From contig NC_090415.1 in assembly GCF_036365525.1 (NCBI RefSeq), forward strand, positions 13,268,001 through 13,332,000: a stretch of DNA of 64,000 bases, in the 5' to 3' direction. A program made the position numbers and the translations under genes. Each line of letters starts with the position of its first letter. Position 1 is the first letter of the stretch. A model generated the notes under the pieces. The model ran no database searches. It was not told the origin of the DNA and saw nothing but the letters and a program-made list of their open reading frames with translations. Source of the DNA: Heterodontus francisci. Taxonomy: Eukaryota. Below, one piece after another: positions 52,120 through 64,000 of the stretch.

Positions 52120-55100
52120 CAGTCGTGGGCAAAATATTGGAATCCATTCAGAGAGACAGGATAAACTGTCACTTAGAAAGACAAAGATTAATCAAGCATA
52201 GTCAGCGTGGATTTGTGAAGGGAAGATCTCGTCTGACCAACTTGATCCAATTTCTTGAAGAAGTAACAAGGAAGTTGTATGATGGCACTGTAGTTGATGC
52301 GGTCTAGATGGATTTTAGCAAGGATTTTGACAAGGTCCCACATGGCAGACTGGTTAAAAAAAATAAAATCCCGCGTGATCCAGGAAAATGCAGTAAGCTG
52401 GATGCAAATTAGGTTTAGTGACAGGCAATAAATGGTAATTGTTAACGGGTGTTTTTGCGATTGGAGGGCTGTTTCCATTGGCGTTCCGCTTGGCTCAGGA
52501 CTGGGTCACCTGCTCATTGTGGTATATATTAATGATTTGAACGTAAAGGTACGGAACATGAATAAGAAGCTTACAGATGGCATAAAAATTGGTCGTGTGA
52601 TAGAAAACGAGGAGGATTGCTGTAGGCTGCAGGAAGATGTTGATGGTCTGGACAGATGAGCAAGAAATGGCAAATGGAATTCAACCCGGATAAGTGTGAG
52701 GTGATACATTTTGGGAGGTCAAAGAAGGCAAAGGAATACACGATTAATGGGAATATACCGAGTTGTGTCGAGAATGTGAGGGACCTTGGAGTAAATGACC
52801 ACTGACCCAGAAGGTAGCAGGACAGGTCGATAAGGTGGTTAAGAAGGCATATGGAATCCTTCCCTTTATTAGCTGAGGTATAGAATATAATAGCAGGAAG
52901 GTTATCCTGGAAATATATCAATCATTGGTTAGGCTACAAATTGAGTACTGTGTGCAGTTCTCGTCACCTCATTATAGAAGTGATGTAATTGCATTATAGA
53001 GGGTACAGAGGAGATTTACGAGGACATTTTCGGGACCTAAAAATGCAGCTATGAGGAAAGATTGGGTGGGCTGGGATGTTCTCCTTGGAACAGAGAAGGG
53101 TAGATCTGATTGAAATATATCACATTCTGAGAGGCCCGGATAGAGTGGAGGTCAAAGGCCCATTTACCTTCATAGAGAGTGACTCGGGGGGCAAAGACTT
53201 AAAGTGCTTGGTCGAAAGATTAGAGGGGAAATAAGGGAAAGTTTTCCTCACCTGGCAATGCAAAACTGGGCGTCCATGAGGGTCTGTGGGCCATTCGGAT
53301 TAATGTATACAGTACTGGTCTCCTTATTTAAGGAAGGGTGTAAATGCGTTGGAGGCAGTACAGAGAAGGTTCACTAGGCTAATGCCTAGAATGGACGGGC
53401 TGTCTTAAGAGGAAATATTGGACAAGCAAAGCTTGTATCCGCTGGAACTTAGAAGAGTAAGATGTGACTTGATTGAAACATATAATGTCCTGAGGGGTCT
53501 TGACAGGGTGGATGTGGAAAGGATGTTTCCCCTTGTGGGAGAATCTATAACAAGGGGTCACTGTTTAGAAATAAGAGGTCGCACATTTAAGAAAGAGATG
53601 AGGAGAATTTTTTTTCTCAGAGGGTCGTGAGACTTGGGAATTCTCTTCCTCAGAAGGCGAAGGAAGCAGAGACTTTGAATATTTTTCAGGTCCAGGTAAA
53701 TAGATTCTTGACAAGAAAGGGAGTGTAGAAAACCGGGTCGTGCTGGAAATGTGGAGTAATCAGTTCAGAAATAAACTTATTGAATGGCAGAGCAGGCTCG
53801 AAGGGCTGAGTGGCCTACTCCTGCTCCTAATTCGTATGTTCGTATAAGATGAGCGAGGTACCAACAGCAGCAGAATTGTACTCAACCCCTATCTTTAAGC
53901 TCATGGCCTGGCATATCCCTCACTCTACAATTAACATCAAACCAGGAGACCAAACGTGATTCAATGAAGAGTGCAGCAGGGCATGCCAGAAGCAGCACCA
54001 GGCATACCTCAAAACGAGGTCTCAACCTGGTGAAGCTACAACACAGGATTACTTGCATGTCAAACTGCGTATGCAGCATCCGATAGACAGAGCCAAGCGA
54101 CTTCATAACCAATGGATCAGATCTAAGTGCTGCAGTCCTGACACATCCAACCGTGAATGGTGGTAGACAACTAAACAACTAACTGGAGGAGGTGGCTCCA
54201 CAAATATCCCCATCTTCAATGATGAGGGAGCCCAGCACATCAGTGCAAAAGATAAGGTTGAAGCTTTGACAACAATCTTCAGTAGAAGTGCCAAGTTGAT
54301 GATTCATCTCAGACTATTCCTGAAGGCCCCAGCATCACAGATGCCAGACTTCAGCCAATTCGAATCACTCCGTGTGACATCAAGTAATGACTAAAGGTGC
54401 TGTATACTGCCAAGGCTCTGGGTTCTGACAATGTTCTCCAATAGGACTGAAGACCTGTGCTCCAGAACTTGCTGCGCCCATAGCCAATCTGTTCCAGTAC
54501 AGCTACCACACTGGCATGTACCTAGCAATGTGGAATATTCCCCAGGTATGTCTTGGACACCAAAAGCAGGACAAGTCCAAGCTGGCTAATTAGACCCCAT
54601 CAGTCTACTCTCAATCATCAATAAAGTGATGGAAGATGTCATCAACAGTGCCATCAAACGGCAGTTGCTCAGTAATAACCTGGTCAGTGATGCTCAGTTT
54701 GTGTTCCACCAGTGCCACTCAGCTCCTGACCACATTACAGCCTTGGTTCAAACATGGGCAAAAGAGCTGAACTCAAGAGTGAGAAGAAAGTGACTGCCCT
54801 TGACATCAAGGCAGCATTTGACCAAGTATGGCATCAAAGAACCCGAGCAAAACTGAGGTCAATGGGAATCAGTGGGAAAACTCTCTGCTGGTTGGAGTCA
54901 TACCTAGTGCAAAGGAAGATGGTTGCGGTTGTTCTAAGTCAATCATCTGAACTCCAGGACATCACTGCAGGAGTTCGTCAGGGTCGAGTCCGAGGCCTAA
55001 TCATCTTCAGCTGCTTCATCAATGACTTTCCTTCAATCATAAGGTCAGAAGTGGGATGTTCACTGATGATTGCACAAGGTTCAGCACGATTCGTGACTCC

Positions 55101-56190
55101 TCAGCTACTGACGCAGTCTGTGTAGAAATGCAGCAAGACTTGGACAATATCCAGGCTTGTGCTGATAAGTGGCAAGTAACATTCACGCCACACAAGTGCC
55201 AGGCAACTACCATCTCCAACAAGAGGGAATCTAACCATCTCCCCTTAACATTCAATGGCAATTAGCATCGCTGAATCCCCCACTATCAATATTCTAGGGT
55301 CTACCATTGACCAGAAACTGAACTGGAGTAGCCATATAAATACCGTGGCTACAAGAGCAGATCAGAGGATAGGAATCCTGCGACGAGCAAATAACCTGCT
55401 GACTCCCCAAAGCTTGTCCACCATTTACAAGGCGGGAGTCAGGAGTGTGATGGAATACTCTCCACTTGCCTGGATGCGTTCAGATCCAACAACACTCAAG
55501 AAGCTCGACACCATCCTGGACAAAGCAGCCCACTTGATTGCCACCCCATGTACAAACATTCACTCCCTCCACCACCGACACACAGTAGCAGCAATGCGTA
55601 CCATCCACATGATGCACTGCAGCAACACACCAAGGCTTTTTAGACAGCACCTTGCAAACCCGCGAACACTACCAACTAGAAGCACAAGGGTAGTAGATGC
55701 ATGGGACCACCATCACCTGCCAGTTCCCCTCCAAATCACACATCATCCTGACATCGAACTATATTGCCATTCCTTCACTGTCGCTATGTCAAAATTCTGG
55801 AACTCCCTTCCTAACAACACTATGATTGTACCTACCTCACATGGAGTGTAGCGGTTCAAGAAGCCATCTCACCACAACCTCCTCAAGGGCAGTTATGGAT
55901 GGGCAATAAATGCTGGCCAAGCCAGCAACACCCACATCATATGAATGAATAAATCAAACAGGGTGGTGGTGGTCTGGAACTCACTGCCTGAAAGGGTAGT
56001 TGAAGTATAAACCTTCAAATCACTCAAAAGAAGTCTGGATATGCATCTCAAGTGCCGTAATCTGCCGGGTTACGGACCAAATGCTGGCAGGTGGGATTAG
56101 AATGGGTGGAAATATTTTCGGCTGGCACAGATACGATGGGTCAAATGGTTCCTTTCTGTGCCATAAACGTTCAATGTTTCTATGATTCTG
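52120..56190 (+). mobile_element. Copy 2 of the LINE fragments at 4505-8575
   Basis: Near-identical ORF fragments at an offset of ~47614. Confidence 0.9.
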
Positions 56191-56283
56191 AGTGAATGCA
56201 TATCTCTCCTTCTCACCATCACCCAAGCCTCTCGCCCACTCCAGATCTTTCTCTCTCTCTCTGCCTTTTTTTCGCTATTGATG

Positions 56284-56835
56284 CTGTCTCTCTCCCTCTG
56301 CCTTTGGTGCTGTATCTATGTTGGCGATACAGTTACTGAGTGTTATGTGTATGCATTCTATTGTAGTACTGATAGTCTCTCTCTCTCTCTCTCTCTGATG
56401 ATACAGGTGAAGGTGAAATACTGTTGTTCAGTGTGATATGGACACACAGTTGGAAATTATAATAATAAAAGCAAAATACTGCGGATGCTGGAAATCTGAA
56501 ATAAAAACAAGAAATGCTGAAAATACTCAGCTTGTCTGGTAGCATCTGTGGAGGGAGAAGCAGAGTTAACGTTTCGTTTCAGTGACCTTTCTTCGAACCC
56601 CTTCACCCCTATGTCACCTTCACCTGTATCATCAGAGAGAGAGAGAGACAGACAGACATAGAGCGAGTGAGAGACTATCAGTACTACAATAGAATGCATA
56701 CATAAAACACTCACTAACTGTATCGCGAACATAGATACAGCACCAAAGGCAGAGGGAGAGACACAATTCCGAAGAAAGAGTCACTGACCCGAAACGTTAA
56801 CTCTGCTTCTCTCTCCACAGATGCTGCCAGACCTT
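56284..56835. repeat. Copy 2 of the inverted duplication and hammerhead elements
   Basis: Matches 8665-9218; the plus-strand core is mutated to CCGAAGAAA. Confidence 0.8.
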
Positions 56836-57703
56836 TTGGAAATGTAAGACTGATACACTCTCTCTCTCCCTCTCTCACCCCTCTCTCTCTTTCACTCTCC
56901 CTCTCTCTGTCCCTCTGTTGCTGTATACTAAAGGGTAATGGTGTTATTGAGTGTGTTATGGACACGCTGAACAGACGTGCAGCACTGCAACAGTGAACTC
57001 TCCTCCGGTGCCGCGGGTGAGACGGTCACTTCTCCGCTCGGTACGTTCTAATCTGACGGGGCATTTATCTGTCTTCAGTCCTGCATCGAAGGACGGAGAG
57101 AACCAGCCTGTCACTGCCTGGAACAAAAAGAAAAACACAGCGTCTGAATGTGGGATTATTCTGTAACTGGACATCTCTCCTTGTTGACAATGGGATGTCT
57201 GGGACACCTGGAAAAATATGGATAGACTATAGGAAGAGACAGTCGATAATTTGTATTTTCACAGTCAGGAAACATGTTTCTGTGTGCGATCAATAACATC
57301 AAACCGGACAGTAGTTTGAACACATTCAAAGCTGTGATTTGCTCTTGCCGTCGAACCTAATAAACAGACAACATTCGCAGCGCCAGTCTCAGAGTGTTTA
57401 ACACTTACTGAGTCTAGAAAATACAAATACCCACCGTGAATCCGCAGCACAGGCCGAGCGGAGGGGAAATCCTGTCCTGGGAACGCTAAATTGAGCGAAC
57501 AGTTCGGCCTGAGATTGTGTGGATGTGAATATTGTGGAAGAGAGTGTATTAAAGGGACGGGCGCGTTAGTCTAATGCCACTGTGTTTGTGGGTCTGGTCT
57601 CATCGTCGGATTTCCGAGTCCCTTTTGTGTAAAATAACAAGATTTTCCAGTCAAAGAAGCACTTTGCTCCCCTTCTAATCCTCAAAGTGGGAATTCAGTG
57701 TTG

Positions 57704-59897
57704 TTTTTTTTTTAGAATTAGAATATTACAGCGCAGTACAGGCCCTTCGGCCCTCGATGTTGCGCCGATCATCTGACCTACACTATTCCATTTACATCCA
57801 TATGTCTATCCAATGACCACTTAAATGCCCTTAAAGTTGGCGAGTCTACTACTGTTGCAGGCAGGGCGTTCCACGCCCCTACTACTCTCTGCGTAAAGAA
57901 ACTACCTCTGACATCTGTCCTATATCTTTCACCCCTCAACTTAAAGCTATGTCCCCTCGTGTTTGCCATCCTCATCCGAGGAAAAAGACTCTCACTATCC
58001 ACCCTATCTAACCCTCTGATTATCTTGTATGTCTCTATTAAGTCACCTCTCCTCCTCCTTCTCTCTAACGAAAACAACCCCAAGTCCCTCAGCCTTTCCT
58101 CGTAAGACCTTCCTTCCATACCAGGCAACATCCTAGTAAATCTCCTCTGCACCCTTTCCAAAGCTTCGACATCCTTCCTATAATGCGGTGACCAGAACTG
58201 CACGCAATACTCCAGGTGCGGCCTCACCAGAGTTTTGTACAGCTGCATCATGACCCCGTGGCTCTGAAACTCGATCCCCCTACTAATAAAGGCTAACACA
58301 CCATATGCCTTCTTAACAGCCCTATTAACCTGGGTAGCAACTTTCAGGGATTTATGTACCTGGATACCAAGATCTCTCTGCTCATCTACACTACCAAGAA
58401 TCTTCCCATTAGCCCAGTACTCTGCATTGCTGTTACTCCTTCCAAAGTGAATCACCTCACACTTCTCCGCATTAAACTCCATTTGCCATCTCTCAGCCCA
58501 GCTCTGCAGCCTATCTATGTCCCTCTGTACCCTACAACACCCTTCGACACTATCCACAACTCCACCGACCTTCGTGTCATCCGCAAATTTACTAACCCAC
58601 CCTTCTACACCCTCATCCAGGTCGTTTATAAAAATGACAAACAGCAGTGGCCCCAAAACAGAACCTTGCGGTACACCACTAGTAACTAAACTCCAGGATG
58701 AACATTTGCCATCAACCACCACCCTCTGTCTTCTTTCAGCTAGCCAATTTCTGATCCAAAGCTCTAAATCACCTTCAACCCCATACTTGCGTATTTTCTG
58801 CAATAGCCTACCGTGGGGAACCTTATCAAATGCCTTACTGAAATCCATATACACCACATCCACGGCTTTACCCTCATCCACCTGTTTGGTCACCTTCTCG
58901 AAAAACTCAATAAGGTTTGTGAGGCACGACCTACCTTTCACAAAACCGTGCTGACTATCGCAAATGAACTTATTCTTTTCAAGATGATTATAAATCCTGT
59001 CTCTTATAACCTTTTCCAACATTTTACCCACAACCGAAGTAAGGCTCACAGGTCTATAATTACCAGGGCTGTCTCTACTCCCCTTCTTGAACAAGGGGAC
59101 AACATTTGCTATCCTCCAGTCCTCCGGCACTACTCCTGTCGACAATGACGACTTAAAGATCAACAACAACGGCTCCGCAATCTCCTCCCTGGCTTCCCAG
59201 AGAATCCTAGGATAAATCCCATCTGGCCCAGGGGACTTATCTATTTTCACTCTTTCCAAAATTGCTAACACCTCCTCCTTGTGAATCTCAATCCCATCTA
59301 GCCTAGTAGGCTGTATCTCAGTAATCTCCTCGGCAACATTTTCTTTCTCTACTGTAAATACTGACGAAAAATATTCATTTAACGCTTCCCCTATCTCCTC
59401 TGATTCCGCACACAACTTCCCACTACTATCCTTGATTGGCCCTGTTCTAACTCTTATCATTCGTTTATTCCTGATATACCTATAGAAAGCCTTAGGGTTT
59501 TCTTTGATCCTATCCGCCAATGACTTCTCGTGTCCTCTCCTTGCTCTTCTTAGCCCTCCCTTTAGATCCTTCCTGGCTAGCTTGTAACTCTCAAGCGCCC
59601 TAACTGAGCCTTCACGTCTCATCCTAACATAAGCCGCCCTCTTCCTCTTGACAAGCGCTTCAACTTCTTGAGTAAACCACGGCTCCCTTGCTCGACAACT
59701 TCCTCCCTGCCTGACAGGTACATACTTATCAAGGACACGCATTAGCTGCTCCTTGAATAAGCTCCACATTTCGTTTGTGCCCATCCCCTGCAGTTTCCTT
59801 CCCCATCCTACACATCCTAAATCTTGCCTAATCGCGTCATAATTTCCTTTCCCCCAGCTATAATTCTTGCCCTGCGGTATATACCTGTCCCTGCCCT
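57704..59897 (-). mobile_element. Very young 5'-truncated CR1 LINE insertion, unique to copy 2
   Basis: Absent from copy 1 (10078-10092); 3' tail ATTCTAATTCT+A10; uninterrupted ORF2. Confidence 0.97.
57778..59895 (-). CDS. CR1 ORF2 reverse transcriptase, 5'-truncated (no endonuclease), frame intact for ~706 codons
   Basis: [68 protein letters not shown]. The called TTG start at 59916 lies in flanking DNA. Confidence 0.85.
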   Translation of the reverse strand, partial: GRDRYIPQGKNYSWGKGNYDAIRQDLGCVGWGRKLQGMGTNEMWSLFKEQLMRVLDKYVPVRQGGSCRAREPWFTQEVEALVKRKRAAYVRMRREGSVRALESYKLARKDLKGGLRRARRGHEKSLADRIKENPKAFYRYIRNKRMIRVRTGPIKDSSGKLCAESEEIGEALNEYFSSVFTVEKENVAEEITEIQPTRLDGIEIHKEEVLAILERVKIDKSPGPDGIYPRILWEAREEIAEPLLLIFKSSLSTGVVPEDWRIANVVPLFKKGSRDSPGNYRPVSLTSVVGKMLEKVIRDRIYNHLEKNKFICDSQHGFVKGRSCLTNLIEFFEKVTKQVDEGKAVDVVYMDFSKAFDKVPHGRLLQKIRKYGVEGDLELWIRNWLAERRQRVVVDGKCSSWSLVTSGVPQGSVLGPLLFVIFINDLDEGVEGWVSKFADDTKVGGVVDSVEGCCRVQRDIDRLQSWAERWQMEFNAEKCEVIHFGRSNSNAEYWANGKILGSVDEQRDLGIQVHKSLKVATQVNRAVKKAYGVLAFISRGIEFQSHGVMMQLYKTLVRPHLEYCVQFWSPHYRKDVEALERVQRRFTRMLPGMEGRSYEERLRDLGLFSLERRRRRGDLIETYKIIRGLDRVDSESLFPRMRMANTRGHSFKLRGERYRTDVRGSFFTQRVVGAWNALPATVVDSPTLRAFKWSLDRHMDVNGIV

Positions 59898-60278
59898 GTT
59901 TGTTTGTCGATTTCAAGATTTTAATCGAAAAGTATGGAACATGTCAGCGATCGGCTGAGAGAGTCATCAGTGCAGCAATGAAACGGGTTTCAGTCGAAAA
60001 TGGAGTCTTTACTTCAAGTGAAACCTTTGTGACAGCAAACATTCTGATGTCAGAGACAGGAAGGATCTCGCCTGGGACTCTGGAATACCCGAATTTCAGT
60101 GGAATTGGAGAGTTTAGGACCAGAGAGAAACACAGAGAGGCAGCAGGAGCCGGGAGCTGACAGCAGGTTGTCTCCGCCCCGTCCGCTCGCTGCCTTTAAA
60201 TTGCTCAGTGCCGCCACCACCAGCTTCATTTCTGACCCAGTTCTGACTGACAGAGAGACTTTGTGCAGAGTCCTGGAC

Positions 60279-60962
60279 ATGACCGATACTGCAGCCGCCG
60301 AAACGGCTCCTGCAGCCGCCGCCGCTACAGTCAAGACTCCGAAGAAGAAGAAGGCGGCTCCCCGGAAGGGGTCAGGCGGTCCCAAGTTGGGCGAGCTGAT
60401 CCTCAAGACTGTGGCGGAATGCAGTGTCCGCAGTGGGATGTCACTGCAGGCAATAAAGAAGGCTCTGCTTGTTAAAGGTGTCGATGTGGAGAAGGGCAAG
60501 TTCCAAATCAAGCAAAATATCAAGCGGCTTGTGTCGAACGGCTTCCTGGTGCAGACGAAGGGCACGGGGGCCTCCGGCAGCTTCAAAATCGCGAAACAGG
60601 AAAAGAAGGGAAATGTGGTGAAGAAGATTCAGACAGGAGCAGCCAAGAGATCTTTAGTGAAGAAAACAGCTGCCAAGAAACAGATCACAAAGAAAACAGC
60701 CAAGAAATCCCCAGGGAAGAAAATAGTCACCAAGAAAGTGAGCAGCAAGAAGACGGCAGCCAAGAAAGTGAGCACCAAGAAGACGGCAACGCCAAAGAAG
60801 GCGGTAAAAAAAGCAACGCTTCCAAAAAAATCTCCAGCGAAGAATGCTAATAAAGCCAAGAGGGCCACGGGCGGAAAGCCGCCCAAGAAAGTCCAATCAT
60901 CAAGGGGCGGGAAGAAGCCGAAAGCAGTAAAGGCTCAGAAAGCAGCCCCTGGAAAGAAGTGA
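60279..60962 (+). CDS. H1: Linker histone H1, copy 2 (227 aa)
   Basis: Paralog of 10465-11178 with one fewer KKVSSKKTAA repeat; ATG at 60279. Confidence 0.96.
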   Translation: MTDTAAAETAPAAAAATVKTPKKKKAAPRKGSGGPKLGELILKTVAECSVRSGMSLQAIKKALLVKGVDVEKGKFQIKQNIKRLVSNGFLVQTKGTGASGSFKIAKQEKKGNVVKKIQTGAAKRSLVKKTAAKKQITKKTAKKSPGKKIVTKKVSSKKTAAKKVSTKKTATPKKAVKKATLPKKSPAKNANKAKRATGGKPPKKVQSSRGGKKPKAVKAQKAAPGKK

Positions 60963-60998
60963 AACAGCACGGGAAACTTGTAGACATCTGAACCCAAA

Positions 60999-61014
60999 GG
61001 CTCTTTTCAGAGCC
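60999..61014 (+). terminator. Histone 3' stem-loop (H1 copy 2)
   Basis: GGCTCT-TTTC-AGAGCC followed by ACCCA. Confidence 0.95.
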
Positions 61015-61718
61015 ACCCACGTCTCTCAGGAAAGAGCTGATCCCCGATCAAATGATCCCTGTCCCGCAGTCGTGCGTACATTTCACCTAGAAATGATTTG
61101 AATTAAATCCAAGTTCCCTGGTGACTCTCAACCCAGCCATTCCTCACTCTCTGCAACAAATCAGGGATGTCCGGGCCTCACTGTACCCGGGTATATGTTC
61201 GGTGAAGTCTCAGTTCATGCTCGTTTCAGGGCGACAGCCTGAAACACAGTAACACGGGCGAGATACCCCGCGTCACATCTCAAACTCCAATACGTGATTT
61301 TCTATAATTCAGCTGGGGTTCGGTTTCAGTAAACTGCTCAATCCGTCTGGGAGGAGAGGTGTGCCGAAACAGGTTGACTTGTGATCGGAAGCACTGCACT
61401 TAGGCGGGTGTATTACGAACTTTTAATTGTAACAGATCCTTATTTAAAGCGCTAATTTCTGTTATCTGTGACTATCAATGCCGAATCTCCATGTTTTATG
61501 CTGAGCTCCAATGTCGAGAACTGTTTTTTTTTGAATTGGCGGTTCGAGCAAGTGGGAGGCGGAGCGAGAGGATCAAAGACATTTCTCTGCTCTGTCTGTC
61601 ACTCAGTTTCCTCCAGACCCGCCTCTGGCTCTCTGACTCTTTCTCAGTCAGGTCGGAGCAGGCTGCATAAAAAGGCAGCAGAAGCTGCTCGTTTCTCATT
61701 CAGAATCGGTTTGTCTGA

Positions 61719-62039
<321 letters not shown>

Positions 62040-62069
62040 ACAAATCGACCTTGTCCACCAAAAACAAAA

Positions 62070-62085
62070 GGCTCTTTTAAGAGCC
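62070..62085 (+). terminator. Histone 3' stem-loop (H4 copy 2)
   Basis: GGCTCT-TTTA-AGAGCC followed by ACCCA. Confidence 0.95.
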
Positions 62086-62593
62086 ACCCACAACCTCATA
62101 TAGAGATAAGTGACCTTGAAATTGCAGCGGGGATGTCTTGGGATGTGAAATTGTTGTCGCTCATCCAATGTTATGTGGACTTTATCAGATCAGTTTTGCA
62201 TTCTCTTATAGTCACTTTACGTCTCGCACATTTTTTCACTGTCTTCTTCTGTTCCATGTTTAATAACCGCGTCATGAATTAAAAAGATTGCATTTGATAA
62301 TGTCCATTGCCGACCTGAACTGCCGGTAAAGATGTCGAAAAGGATTTACTCCCGTTAGAGTAAGAAATGGCCGGATCTTTATTCCCGCCAGAGACCGAAC
62401 AGGCAATGAATCCCTATTCAAACCGTGTTGGAAGACACAGAGGGGGATCTAGGGCGGAAAAAAATGACGCTAAAAGCAATGAGATTTTATAATCGTTCCC
62501 GCCAAATTAGGTTTTCTTTCATCTTTGCGTCGTTTACTAATTTGAAAATGGCGGGCTTTTTGAAATTGATTCAATTTCAGTTGCAGTTCAACC

Positions 62594-63590
62594 GGATGTT
62601 GCCGGGACTGGAAAAAATGCAGCTCTGAGGAAAGATTGAATGGTCCGTGGTTGTTCTCTGTGGCACAGAGAATGCTGAGGAGAGATCTGATTGAATTGGA
62701 TAACATTTTGAGAGGCCTGGATAGAGTGTAGGTGAAGGGCCAATTTACCTTAATACAGAGGTCACTGACTAGGGGTCAAAGACTTAAAGCGTTTGGTAGA
62801 ATGATTAGAGGGAAGATGAGGACAAGGTTTTTTTCCCTCTCATCTAGAGGATGGTGGGGGTCTGGAACTCAATGCCTGAAAGGGTAGTTGAGGCAGAAAT
62901 CTTCAAATCATTCAAAAGAGGTCTGGATATGCACCTCAAGTGCATATTCTACAGGATTACAGATCAAATGCTGGCAGGTGGGATTAGAATGGGTGGAGAG
63001 CTTTCCGGCTGGCACAGACACGATGGTCCAAGTGGCTTCTTTCTGTGCCGTAAACTTTCAATGATTTTCAGAAAAGAGAAGGCTGAGGGGGGACATGATT
63101 GAGGTATCCAAAATTATGAAGGTCATTGATAGGTTAGACAGGAGGAAACTTTTTGTTTTCCCTTAGCGGAGGGATCAATAAGTAGGGGGAATAGATGTAA
63201 GGTAAGGGGCAGGAGGTTTAATGGAGATCTGAGGGAGAAAAAAACATTCATCATGTGGTTGGAATCTGGAACACACTGACTGAATAGGTGGTAGAGGCAG
63301 GAACCCTCACAACATTTAAGAGGTATTTTGATGAGCACTTGAAACGCCATAGCATACAAGAATACGGGCCAAGTGCTGGAAAATGGGATTAGAATAGTTA
63401 GATGCTTGAAGAAATACTTGCAGGTTTATAGGTAAATTGCCCCCAGTGTAGGTAGATGGTAGGAGAATGGTGGGGATGCCGTAGGGAATATGGGATTAAT
63501 GGAGGATTGGTCTCAATGGGTGGTTGTTGGACGGCACAGACTCGGTGGGCCGAAGGGCCTGTTTCTGTGCTGTGTAACTCCATGACTCTA
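62594..63590 (+). mobile_element. Copy 2 of the CR1/SINE fragments at 12809-13805
   Basis: Near-identical sequence. Confidence 0.85.
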
Positions 63591-63867
63591 TGTTTAGTTA
63601 TCGCGTCATGAATTAAACGGTTGCATTTGACAATGTCCATTGACGACCTGAACTCCTGGTGATGATGCAGGATTTATTCCCGTTAGAGTAAGCAATGACC
63701 GGAGCTTTATTCCCGCCTGAGACCCAACAAGGAATGAACCCCAATTCAAACCGTGTTGGAAGAAACGGAGGTGGAATCGAGGGCCGAAAGATGAAGCTCC
63801 AAGCAGTGAGATTTTATAATTGTTCCCGCCGAATTCGGTTTTATTTAATCTTTGAGTAGTTTGCTAA

Positions 63868-64000
63868 TTTGAAATTGGCGGGCTTTTTGAAATTGATGAA
63901 ATTTCAGTTGCCGTTCAACCAATCAGGGAGCAGCAATTCCCTCCGCCCTTTTCCATCGTTTCAAATTGGATGATGGACGGGGCTTCATCCAATCACAGCA
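63868..64000 (+). promoter_or_regulatory. H3 promoter, copy 2 (H3 predicted just beyond the window)
   Basis: Matches 14083-14215. Confidence 0.75.

Noticed and set aside
57778-59916. 712-aa ORF as a domesticated or autonomous RT gene
   Set aside because: 5'-truncated (no endonuclease or ORF1), the TTG start is in the flank, and it is absent from copy 1.

Overview
Vertebrate genomic DNA, inferred to be elasmobranch (shark-like) from its HE1/V-SINE-type SINEs and dense CR1-type LINEs. The window holds about 1.3 copies of a ~47.6-kb tandem unit: 1-14215 recurs at 47809-64000. Each unit carries a replication-dependent histone cluster: a divergent H1 (+), H4 with Ser1->Thr (+), H3.2 (+) and H2A (-), all with 3' stem-loops. 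H2B survives only as a decayed 3' fragment. The spacer contains three tRNA pseudogenes (one Ser-GCT, two Gly-TCC), blocks of a degenerate ~40-bp tandem array, many decayed CR1-group LINEs (some with ORF1 esterase), V-SINEs, an RTE fragment with a TSD, and older nested segmental duplications. Copy 2 has a very young, stop-free, 5'-truncated CR1 inserted upstream of H1. The two most interesting non-obvious signals are (i) a ~130-bp dispersed element built on a minimal type I hammerhead ribozyme core (Penelope/retrozyme-like), often in inverted pairs, and (ii) a paralogous family of NRF1-motif promoters with conserved splice sites that read into the 40-bp array, a putative spliced non-coding gene family. 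All coordinates and alignments were done by eye, and repeat boundaries are approximate.
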